From: Macrostomum lignano
Lineage: Eukaryota
Reading direction: 5' to 3'
NCBI GenBank assembly: GCA_002269645.1
Contig: NIVC01001376.1
Coordinates: 124,001 to 188,000, forward strand
Length of the DNA stretch: 64,000 nucleotides
Shown here piece after piece: positions 12,648 to 24,300 of the stretch. The notes under the pieces were generated by a model. The model saw nothing but the letters and a program-made list of their open reading frames with translations, ran no database searches and was not told the origin of the DNA. The number at the start of each line of letters is the position of its first letter. The stretch's first letter is position 1. The translations under genes were made by a program, and so were the position numbers.

Positions 12648-13499
12648 GGGTATGCTAGCATTAGTAGGCAGAGCGTTTAATATTGCATTAGGTAAAAAAG
12701 CAGTATGCCTAATAGAAATGGGAGATTCCTATAGGGAAGGGTAGGGATGTTTGAGCAAGGATCAGCCTGTAAGTCTGAGGGAATAAGGCTGTACACCTGT
12801 GCAGACAGAATGTTTACAAAAAGGGGAAGGGAACGAAGGGGAAGTGCCTATTCTGTTGAGAGAAGGGGTGGGGGTAAGTGATTGCTCGGGGCAGGATTGT
12901 ACGTCCTGGGGAGAGCAGGGAAGAGAAGTGCTAGGCACTCAAGGCTCCGTGTGAGAGGGAAGGTGGAATGCCTTTAAATGACTAAGACCAATTCCGATCT
13001 ATTTATAGAACAATGTTCAACTGAAGTTTAACTTTAGCAGACTATGGTGGAGGAACCAGTCAAGTCAAGTCAAGTCAAGTCAAGTTATCCTCTTCTTTGT
13101 TTATTTCTCTCACTTTTATAGCATTACAAATAAAAATGGCATATGTATTAAAACTAATTAAAGATACTAAATTAGACTAAAGGCTACTAATGATACTATT
13201 TCTTACTATTAACAACACTAAAAACATATTTTTATTTAAGCACGAAGATCTTTAATTGAATAGAAAAATAGTTGTAATTATAAGGCAACATGCACAATAA
13301 TAATAGGCTAAGAATAATGGCTCTTACAACTGGCCTTTCTGGCTTGAAAAATTGAATGAATGGTGAGTGAAAAATTTTTAAAATAGAGCAATATTCAAAC
13401 AATACAAAAAACAAAAGTGTAGATTATGGAAGCGAAAAATGCACCTAAATGTTTCACACTTATAAAATAAATGTTTGTTGGTAATGTTACTACAACATG

Positions 13500-16400
13500 T
13501 TAAACTTGCTTGGTAGCCAATGTTGGTGTGGCCAGCCGTACTCTTGGCCAAGCCAGCAAATTTTGAGGCCAAGGCTCTATTCATTAAAACAATGAGGGCC
13601 ATAGCGGAGGTCCGATAGCGCGTAATGCACAGCGCGCCTCCAGGCAGCAACTGCGTGCATGGGCTGCAGCTGGTGCAAATTGTTTAAAACCGGCCACAGA
13701 GTCTTATGCTGAGGGAATTTGCGCCCATCTTGGAGTCTACCAGCATGGATCAAATAAAGTTTGATAGCCATAATCATGCGGCTATCAATAGCTTGTGTAA
13801 AATTCGTGCCAATCTCCTGTAGAGGCTGACTCTGCCTGACGAAACCGGCCATCAGAGGCAGTATACCAGAATCCAGCAGCTCCAGTTTGATCAGTGGAGC
13901 GGGGCGGGGATGCGGCTAGTTCATTGGCCTTACTCCGTAAGTCGGCGGCGGGGTTACTAGGGGTTTTGCAGATGGCTGCTTCAGTAGGGAACAGGAGCGG
14001 GGTCGAGACTGCTGTGATGATGGATGGGTCCGAGTCGCTTGTGGATGGATGGCGGCGGGGCTTTGTCCGTGGTCAAGATGATAGCTGACTTGGCATTGGG
14101 GGGTTGGCGCTGAATGGCAGCTGGGGAGATGGCAACTAGTACATCGGCGTGGCGCTTGAGCAGCTTAACTCACTCTTGGATAGATGGCGGGTGGACGACG
14201 GTGGGCGAGCATCTGACGTAGGCAGTGGTGTGTGAGCGTCTGATATAGGCAGTGGTGGGTGAGCGTCTGAGGTGGACAGCGGCGGCGGACGGGTGACAAC
14301 CAAAGCAATTCGGGGCTTTGGGATACTTCAGGGGCTTCAGCTATCTCAGCTGGTCTTTGCAACAATCTGTCAGCATTAGAGTGCTTTGCGCCACTGTGTT
14401 CAATGTTGAATCTGAATTCATTTGGATGCTCTATCCATCTACCTAAAATTCCAGTTGCTTCAGTCTGTCTCATGAGCCAAATTATCGCTTTATGGTCAGT
14501 TTGGGCTAAGAATTTCTTGCCAATCAGATAAAATCTGAAATGTCTCATAGCATCGACAAGGGCTAACAATTCTTTCCAGGTAATGGGGTATCGCTTCTCA
14601 GACTCTTTCATTGCTCTACTAAAATAAGCTATTGGTCGCTCTATGCCATCACTTTGGATTTGGCCAAGACATGCGGCAATCCTGTCATCATTGGCATCTG
14701 TCAAGCACCATCTTCACATTCTCATCATCAACATATTCGGGGTATGCTAACATTTCAGTGGATATCATTCGCTGCTTTAGAGCTTCAAAGGCTTCATCAT
14801 GCACTTTGCTCCATTTAGCTTGAAAATTTTGGACTCCTTTTCAAGTCAATTGGAATAGGGGGTGAGCCACTTCAGCATAATTTTTTACAAATCGGCAATA
14901 ATAATTGCATAGGCCAAGAAAACTGCATAGTTCTTTTACATCTTTGGGATGGGGCCAAGTTCTGATAGCTTCTATTTTGGCTTCATCTGTTCTGATACCT
15001 TTTCGGCCAATCATGTGTCCTAGATATTTTAGTTCCTGATGAAATAAATTGCACTTTTTTGGTCTCAACTTTAGACCTGCAGCAATTAGTCGCTTAAACA
15101 CTTCTCTTAGATGATCTAGATGGTCAGCAAAAGATTGGGAATAAGTTATTATGTCATCTATATAAGACATGGCAAACTTGTGTTGAATTCCTAATAGGAC
15201 TAAATTCATTAGATGTTGGAAAGTTCCAGGGGCATTGGAAAGTCCTTGGGCCATCACTTGGTATTCAAATTGGCCTCTATTTAGGGTGGAGAAGGCGGTT
15301 CTATGCTTATCTTCTTCTTTGATGGGGACTTGCCAGTATCCTGAATTCAAATCTAAACTGCTAAAATATTGGCTACCAGTTAAGTGGGAGAAGGTCTCTT
15401 GAATATTGGTGAGGGAGTAAGGCCTAGGGGTAGTAATTAACTCTTGAGTTGAGCACTTGGAAATCGCTAACAATTCTAATAGAACCATCTTTCTTGGGGA
15501 CAATTACTAGAGGGTGGAGTAGGTTAAATAGCAGGGTCTAATTAAATTTTTGGCTAAGATATCGTCTAATTGGGCCTCAACTTGCTTTTGCAAGTGTGGA
15601 GGGATGCATCTAGCTGGGATTCTAACGGGAGTAGGGTCTTTAATAGAGATTTCATGGGTTACTAAGTGTGTCAGGCCCATGTCTAATTCGTTCTAGGAGA
15701 AAGCTTCATGATTTTCTTTCATTAAGTTGATGACTGCTTTTCGTTGTTCATCTGACAATTCAGGGCCAAGGCTCACTTCATTAATCCATGAATCTTCTGT
15801 ACATTGTGTCTGGTTAATTTTCGCAAAGGGTTGGGGATTGGGAGACAGGGTTTTCCAATAGGTTAGGTCTTTAGCTTTCATGGGTCTGGCTAAGCCAATT
15901 AGGGAGGTTTTAGTTAGATTCACATCTACTAGGTGGCGATTAATTATCTCAACAATTCCTTTGCCTTCTTTCATAGTTACTAAAGTTGGAACCATTTCTA
16001 AAGATAAATCACGGGTTTGGACAATATTGCCAAAGGCTTCTATAGTCATGGGGATGCCATAATTCAATTCACAATTCTTGGCTAATTTTAGAGATATTCA
16101 GAGGGCACTGTTGGCTGGGATGATTGCTCTTTCTTGAGTATAGACTCGGCAAACTTCACGGGTAGGCAAGTATACTGCATGGGTATACAGGTACCTTCGT
16201 TAAGCAGTAGCATTCCTTTGGCTAGCTGAATGCTTTCACATTGGGACAAGAAAAATTCCATACCTATGATATTCTGGCAATCATGTTGGCATAGGAGAAA
16301 ATCAACGTTTATTTGGATATTGCCAAACTTCACTTGGGCGGATACTTCTCCTTCTAATTGGACTGGGGTACTGTCAAATGTACTAATGCTTTTGCTAGTG

Positions 16401-17800
16401 TCTCGGATTTGATCCACACGGAATAGCTTAGACCAGGTTGAGCAGCTCAGGAAGTTATTTCTAGCACCTGTGTCTAGCAAGAAATCAATTGTTTCTTTCT
16501 GAATATTGCCAACAATTACGGCTTCATAGCCTTCTAGCTTAGTCAGGTTGATTTGGGATGGGGAATTAGTTTTCGGCTTTTGTCGCTTCCTTGAGCAGTT
16601 TTTAGCACTGGATATGGCATCATTGGTTTCAATCGCATGGGATACATGGGGTGCAAGCGCAGTGGGTACATGGGGTGTGGACGCATGATGTAAATGAGCT
16701 TTAGTCGCATTGGTTACATGAGAGGCAGTCACATGAAGGGAATTGTACACATGGGGGTCATGGGGGCATTTGGCATGGCATCATTGGTATCATCAAAGGC
16801 AAGAAGTGAAAAATTATTGGGGGAGGCAAATATCACATTATTTACAGGCATTGGCTGTACATGGGAGGTTTTGCAGAGATAGGGTAAACTGTACTGGGGA
16901 GGTTGCCGGTATCTTGGCTGGGGGGAATTTCGAAATGATGGGGAGGCCGGAGAGTAAGCAAAATTTTGGCCTGAGGGGCATGGCCTCTTATCTCAACCCT
17001 GGCTTCTCAGTTTCTCAACTTCTGGGGGTCATGGGTATAATGGAACTTCAGCGGCTCATATCTTGGATTGGAGGGCTGACGCTCAGCATTCCTTCTTGGG
17101 GGTTCACGCCTTGGCAGTTGGTTCATCAGCTAAGGCCTGTACTGCTGCTGAGGTTGCAGCCTGTACTGCTGCTGGGGTGGCTGTCTGTACAGCTGGGGGT
17201 TTGGCTGCCTGTACTGCTAAGGGGGTAGCTGTCTGTACAGCTGTGGGTTTGGCTGCCTGTACTGCTGAGGGGGTGGCTGCCTGTACTGCTGCTAGGGGAA
17301 TATTTGAGACGGTGGGGCGCATTGCGCTGTTTCGGCTAATTGCTTCTGCAGATTCTGGATGAGTCTCTCTTGATGGTCAATCTTAGTTTGCTGGTCAATG
17401 ATCAATTGATCAGTTTGGACCTTATGCTCCTCTTTCTCATCCTTTGTCACTCTGATTCCTCCTTTGTGGTACATTTGATAAGCTGCTTCAATTCTGCACA
17501 GCATTCTACGGGCAGCTTGGAGGTTGACAGGTTGAGCAAAGATTAGTCTGGGGATGTTCTCACACCTTTAATGAACTGCTCAACCAGTTCCTCTTCTCTC
17601 TGTTCAGCATCCATATTCAAGAATGCACAGGAGGCTAATTCAATCAGGGCATCAGCAAAGCTGTCAATGGACTCATTTCAACATTGGCTTAGGTTTCAGA
17701 ATTCTTTGCGAAATTCAGCGGAACTTCCTACTTTTCCAAATCTCTCTATCAGTCTCTCTTTGAACTCTTCATAGGGGAGATTCGTGGGGAGATTCAGACG
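13500..17800 (-). mobile_element. Degenerate Ty3/gypsy LTR retrotransposon internal region (gag-PR-RT-RH-partial INT)
   Basis: Minus strand in gypsy order: gag-like YEEFKERLIERFG...FADALIELA (~17560-17790), protease FLLDTGARNN (ORF 16088-16750), RT with LDLNSGYWQV, MAQGLSNAPGTFQ and YIDD (14841-15503), RNase H TDA...ELLALVDAMRHFRFYLIGKKFLAQTDHKA (14165-14704), weak integrase zinc-binding remnant near 13500-13600. Many stops and frameshifts; no LTR identified. Confidence 0.9.
17140..17290 (-). repeat. 24-bp tandem repeat within gypsy gag-pol (encodes TPSAVQAA-like units)
   Basis: GCTGCCTGTACTGCTG / GCTGTCTGTACAGCTG units, ~6 copies. Confidence 0.8.
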
Positions 17801-17879
17801 TTAGACTGCTGCAAACGCTAATCATATAACGCTAACGCTAATTTCTAATCATATAATGTTAGGTATCCCATTGGAACAA

Positions 17880-18260
17880 AATTCGCTTCCTCTGCAACCC
17901 TCTGTAGGACAAGGATTTGCCACTCTTGTAGTGAATGACTATCAGGCAGAGTGTCCAGCTCTTCTTGTAGTTGTGGTTGAGTCAGCTAGCTTTTGGCTGC
18001 CATCAGGCAGGCATGCACATTCTCCACAGGATTGAGAAACTACAAGTAAGGAGGCAATGTCACCAGGCGCCAAGCGGGCTGAAATTGATCTGGGATTGTC
18101 ACTCCATGATGAAAACGGGCTCCATCCATGATCACACAGAACTCCTTGCCATCAGGTACATCATGACTCTTCACACTTTGCACCAGATCATTGATGAACT
18201 TCTGGAACCTAGATGCCATCATAGTCTTTCCAAGGATCATATGATGTAAAAGACAAGCTA
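17880..18260 (-). mobile_element. Tc1/IS630 DDE transposase C-terminal fragment abutting gypsy gag
   Basis: Minus strand ASRFQKFINDL...FCVIMDGARFHH...LVTLPPYL*FLNPVENV matches the D(34)E-type motifs IMDNARxH and LPPYSPxLNPIE; in-frame stop present. Confidence 0.75.
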
Positions 18261-19115
18261 AAACAAGTTACGATGACAGTAAAATGTGCATTGAATGCAT
18301 AGAATGATCAAATTGATGCCCCCAGGATTAAATTGAACTCCGCTATGCTAATGAGTGTCAACCATAGAAAAGTTTCAGTCTTGCAAGTCTGATTTTTGTA
18401 TCTATGATTAAATTGAAAGCTTGCAGTACCAACTAGGCCACAAAAAGGAATAGGAATAGGCATTATAACTTAGATAAATAATAATTGCATATAAACAAGC
18501 AAAACTATTTTTATCTAATATACCTAGATATTCATTTGTCATAATTCATTTAATAATTCATTATGAATTCATTAGTAATTCATAATTCATTTGACTGGTA
18601 GCAATAAAAAGTTTTTTCTATGCATTTGTCAACCAAAGCTTATAGCTTTCAAGTAAAATTTATTAACTATTATATTTATGTTACTAAAATGATATATATA
18701 TAGAATTTGGGGGAAATAGCTTTTTTGATAAACAATAGAAAAGTAATGTTGCCAATGCATTTTGACAATTTTAATCATATTTGGGGCAGTTTATGAAGAT
18801 GTTTACATAGTCAGTTATTTATATTTGAAAACAACCTACAGAAAATTACCGGGCTGTCTTTCTATTTGGGTAGTCTAATTTTCTTTTTATTTATAATCAA
18901 AAATGCTCTTAAAATTGTAGTCACTAAATTAGAAACAAAATTATAATTGTTAGATAAAACTTTAGAGGCCTAAGTCCAAATATATGTGGTGCTGAAGCAA
19001 AACCTAAACAATTTTGCTTCATGCAGGCTAACTGGTATGAAGAATTCTATTAAAGCTAGCATTTGCATTATAGATTAGTTTAAACAATTTAACTCAATCC
19101 CATGCTGTGCCACTC

Positions 19116-21214
19116 ATGTCAGATGAGTACACCAGCTTTGACTGGGTGGATAGAACCGACTCAGTTGATAACCAGCCTCAGCAGCAGCAGCAGCTTCGCA
19201 GCCTGGCAACCCCGGGTCTCGAACCTCCATCCCGTGGTCGACGCTTAGTTGAAGGCATTCAACGGCTATTCCGTCAGCAGCAGACTCCGTCCAATGCCGC
19301 ATCGACAGACTCATTGGACTCGGGTAGTCAGGAAATGCAGAAGCAACAACAGCAAAGCTATTTGCACAGACAGAAGTACTGGATGCCTGACGAGAATTGC
19401 AATCAATGCTACGAATGCAATCAGAGGTTTGGCCTGTTCGTACGCAGGCATCACTGCAGAGTCTGTGGCAGGATCTTCTGCGACAAGTGCAGCAGTTACT
19501 TGGTAGATGGTCGCTTTATCGGCGCTGCGTCTGGCAGCATGCAGCGAGCCTGCGCTTTCTGTGCCAAAAATATCAACGGCGATGACGACAATTGGCATCA
19601 GCAGCAACAGCAGCAGATGTTGCAGCAATCTCAGACTCAGCAGCAACAACAGCAGCAGCAGCTGATGTCTTCTAGTCAGATGTCGGGCATATCTGCTTCC
19701 GAATCTACTGGCTCTTTGACTAATATTGTCACTGGGGTCAGCGCAGCCTCTTCTATGACCAATATCGGGTCTTCTTCGTCGCCTTCGCTGCTGCCGGGGG
19801 CTCAGTCTTCTCTGGCATCCATGGCGTCAGTGAATACCGCTGGTCTGGTGGCTGCGACCGACACTGGCTCTCTGTTGTATACGGCATTCGATTCTCCAGT
19901 TAGTTGTGTACAATAATTCTTTTCCAAACCTATTACTGACCCTGTATGATCACCTTTCACCAAACTGAAGAGAATCGCCCTTCACCAAGCTGTGAAGACA
20001 ACCGCCTTCACCTAACTGTGAAGAGAATCGCCTTCAGCAACCCAGGAAAGAATCGCCCTTCACCAACCTCAGTAAAGAATCACCCTTCACTAACCTCAGT
20101 AAAGAATCACCCTTCACTAACCTCAGTAAAGAATCGCCCTTCACCAACCTCAGTAAAGAATCACCCTTCACCAACCTCAGTAAAGAATCACCCTTCACTA
20201 ACCTCAGTAAAGAATCACCCTTCACCAACCTCAGTAAAGAATCACCCTTCACCAACCTCAGTAAAGAATCACCCTTCACTAACCTCAGTAAAGAATCACC
20301 CTTCACCAACCTCAGTAAAGAATCACCCTTCACCAACCTCAGTAAAGAATCACCCTTCACTAACCTCAGTAAAGAATCACCCTTCACCACCCTCAGTAAA
20401 GAATCGCCCTTCACTAACCTCAGTAAAGAATCACCCTTCACCAACCTCAGTAAAGAATCACCCTTCACCAACCTTAGTAAAGAATCGCCCTTCACCAACC
20501 TCAGTAAAGAATCGCCCTTCACCAACCTCGTAAAGAATCGCCCTTCACCAACCTCAGTAAAGAATCGCCCTTCACCAACCTCGTAAAGAATTACCCTTCA
20601 CCAACCTCAGTAAAGAATCGCCTATCACTAACCCCCATCTAATTGCCGTCCCATCTTGCCACTCCGCAGGGCTCCCGCCTGCCCCAACAGCCGCCATCGC
20701 TGAAGTTCATCCTGACGGTGTGGAACTCGGTCGTGTCGCCAAGCGACGGCATCAGCCTACAATGGCGCAAAGACTGCGGATCGTATTTCTTCGGCAAAGA
20801 CCTGCTAGATTGGCTGCTGGTTGGCGGGCATTGCTACTCGCACGAGAATGCCCTGAACTGGGCGGCTGTGTTTCTGCAGCATCGATGCTTTGCACCGGCG
20901 GTGCCTACTGCGGCGACTTCGACTGCCGGTTCCGTGTCTGCCACTGCCGCTTCTTTAACGGCTTCGACTTTATCAGACAGCTCTGCATCAACGACTCACG
21001 GGTTGTTTGGAGTCGGCGGAATTGAGTTTAGCGACACCATGTTGTATAGGGTGCTTCGGTGAGCTGAGCTATGTTAATTCCCTGTTATTTTCTCTGTCCT
21101 CTGTCTGTTTTGTTTGTACTTTTTCTGTAGAATCTGCTGTCTTTGTTCGTGTAGTCTGTATTGTCTGTCTGTACAATCTGCATTTTGTGTCTTTAATGTC
21201 TTTACAGACTACGT

Positions 21215-21248
<34 letters not shown>

Positions 21249-21288
21249 CCTGTCTGTGTCTGTCTGTCTGTCTGTCTGTCTGTGTGTC

Positions 21289-21323
<35 letters not shown>

Positions 21324-24300
21324 GCCTGTCTGTCTGCCTGTCTGTGTCTGTCTGTCTGTCTGCCTGTCTGTGTCTGTCTGTCTGTCTGTCTGTCTGTGTG
21401 TCTATCTGTCTGTCTGTCTGTCTGTCTGTGTGTCTGTCTGCCTGTCTGTCTGTCTGCCTGTCTGTCTGTCCGTCTGCCTGTCTGTCTTGTCCTCTGCTTG
21501 TGCTTTATTCTATTTGCCATATTAAATCTGCACTTCTTGTTCGAGTCAATAGATCATTAATAAAGTACACTGAGTCTACCATCCGCCCTCATCTCTCAGA
21601 GGCTACCGTCCAGTGCAGCTGGCCAGCAGCTCCACCCTGCTCAGTCCATCCTGGCTGAACGACATCGCCGAGCCGTCAACGCCCACCGCCGCTGGCGCCA
21701 TCAGCGCCGCAGATTCGCCGGAACCTTCGCCCAGGGCGACTCCGGCTCCGTTGGAGACAGCACCTGGTGCCGAACCTGCTGGCACCGAGGATGAGGCGCC
21801 TGCCGAGCAGCAGCAAGTGCTGGACGAATCCGATTCAGTGCCCGACGATGGCGGCAAAATCAGAACGGAATCTGCCGTCACGGACGATGGCGCTGCCAGT
21901 CAGCTTGTTGATCAGCGACCGCCTGAGGCGCAAACTGAAGCTCTGAGACAGGCGTACGATGATCACCTCCGAGATCTGGTGCGGCAGGAGGCCAGTAAGC
22001 TGCAGGTGAGTCTGGGCACTTCTCTGTCAGTGCCCTCCCAGATCCTCAGTTGCTGGACCAACAGCCTCCCAGATCCTCAGTTGCTGGACCAACAGCCTCC
22101 CAGATCCTCAGTTGCTGGCCACCAGCCTCCCAGATCCTCAGTTGCTCGGCCACCAGCCTCCCAGATCCTCAGTTGCTAGGCCAGCTTCCCAGATATTCAA
22201 TCCTCTGTTTTAAGGTGATTGTTAAATTGTTATAAACAAACTTTATCCATAAAAATTATCTCAGGTGTCCCTCAGCTGGTCTGATGTCATCTGCGACTTA
22301 GCGAACCGGGTGGCCCAGCAACTGCCTCGCAACCAAAATCCGCTCGACAGTCTGCGAGTGAAGCTGGCCAGCAGCGGCCGCAAGACGGACAGTTTCGCAT
22401 TCGCCGGGCTGGTGTTCGCTAAGAATGTGCTGAGGAAAGGCATGCCAACGGAGCGGGGGCCTGGGGCCGCGGTGTTGCTGCTGGCGTGCTCGTTGGAGTT
22501 TGAACGCAACGAGAATAAGTTGACCTGCTTGGAACCGCAGATGATGCAGGTGACAATCTCTCAATTGTTATAAATGTATCTTTAAATTTAATGCTACTAT
22601 AGGATAAGTGTTATAATATCTGGGATTTATTATATTTTCTAGAAATCTTCCTCTATAAGGTCTAAATCTGTGGTCATTCTAAAGAATATTATACTTAGAT
22701 ATGACCATTTTCCCAAAAGAAATATCTACTTAGATGAGATCTCTGTAAGCTTTCTAGGAAATATCTACCAAGATAGGACCTATGTAAGCTTTCTAAGAAA
22801 TATCTACCAAGATAGGACCTCTGTAAGCTTTCTAAGAAATATCTACCAAGATAGGACCTCTGTAAGTTTTCTAAAAAAGATCTACCAAGATAGGACCTCT
22901 GTAAGCTTTCTAAGAAATATCTACCAAGATAGGACCTCTGTAAGCTTTCTAGGAAATATATACCAAGATAGGACCTCTGTAAGCTTTACGAGAAATGTCC
23001 ACCCAGATGGGATCTCTAACATTTCTAAGAAATGTTCGCCTAGATCTCTGATATTTGCAATATTGATGCAATCATTCACTAGTAAGATCTCCACCCCGGT
23101 CACCGCAGGAGACGCAATACCTGCGCCGTTGCGTAGATCGCATCGCAGAATTCAAGCCCCAAATAGTAATGATTGAGCGCAGCGTGGCTCTCACAGCTCA
23201 GGAGTTCCTGTCCGATTTAGGCGTCAGTCTATTCGCGAATGTTAAACCATCGGTGATGCATCGAGTTGGTCAGCTGTGCGGCGCTAAGATACTGGACTCA
23301 GTTGATCGTCTGACGGACCGATCTCAACTGGGCTGCTGCGGCTCAATGTCTGTCAAGCTGTTGAGCATGGGCCAGGGATTGTTGAGCAGGCCGTGCGTGT
23401 TTCTCAGCTCTGTTGGTCCGTCAGCTTATCAATCTGTAGTGCTTTACGGTAGGCGCCTGGCTCAGCTCAAGCGGGTCAAGGCTGCCGTTATAACCGCTGT
23501 GTACTGCAGATACGCTGTGCGTATGGAATTGGCCTACGTATTGGATTGTAAATTAAGACCGCCACAGGGTATGCTCATGATGCTGCTAGATGAGGACGAG
23601 GAGCGAGTCAATGATGAGCAAGAAAAGGATCAGCCTCCTGAGGATAATTCACAGCGCGAGTGAGTTTTGCTTTGTGATTTTTGAAATACCTTCATTGTAA
23701 TTTCACCTGAAGGTTCAGGATATCAGGTAGTGGCTTTACCTGAAGGTTCGGGATATCAGGCAGTGGCTTTTACCTGAAGGTTCGGGATATCAGGTAGTGT
23801 CTTTACCTGAAGTTTTAGGATATCAGGTAGTGGCTTTACCTGAATGTTCGGGATATCAGGTAGTGGCTTTACCTGAATGTTCAGGATATCAGGTAGTGGC
23901 TTTACCTGAATGTTCAGGATATCAGGTAGTGGCTTTACCTGAATGTTCAGGATATCAGGTAGTGGCTTTACCTGAATGTTCAGGATATCAGGTAGTGGCT
24001 TTGCCTGAAGGTTCAGGGTATCAGGTAGTGGCTTTGCCTGAAGGTTCAGGGTATCAAGTAGTGGCTTTGCCTGAATGTTCAGGGTATCAGGTAGTGGCTT
24101 TACCTGAGGGTTCAGGGTATCAGGTAGTGGCTTTGCCTGAATGTTCAGGGTATCAGGTAGTGGCTTTACCTGAATGTTCAGAATATCAGGTAGAGGCGAT
24201 TCCTGAAGCTTCAGGATATCAGGTACAGGCGATTCCTGAAGCTTCAGGATATCAGGTATAGAGGCGATTTCTAAAGGTTCAGAATATCAGGTAGAGGCGA

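Noticed and set aside
11400-13050. Possible 3' end/LTR of the gypsy element hosting MITEs 2 and 3
   Set aside because: Composition resembles the gypsy body, but I found no second LTR copy, PPT or clear integrase motifs, so it is not called.
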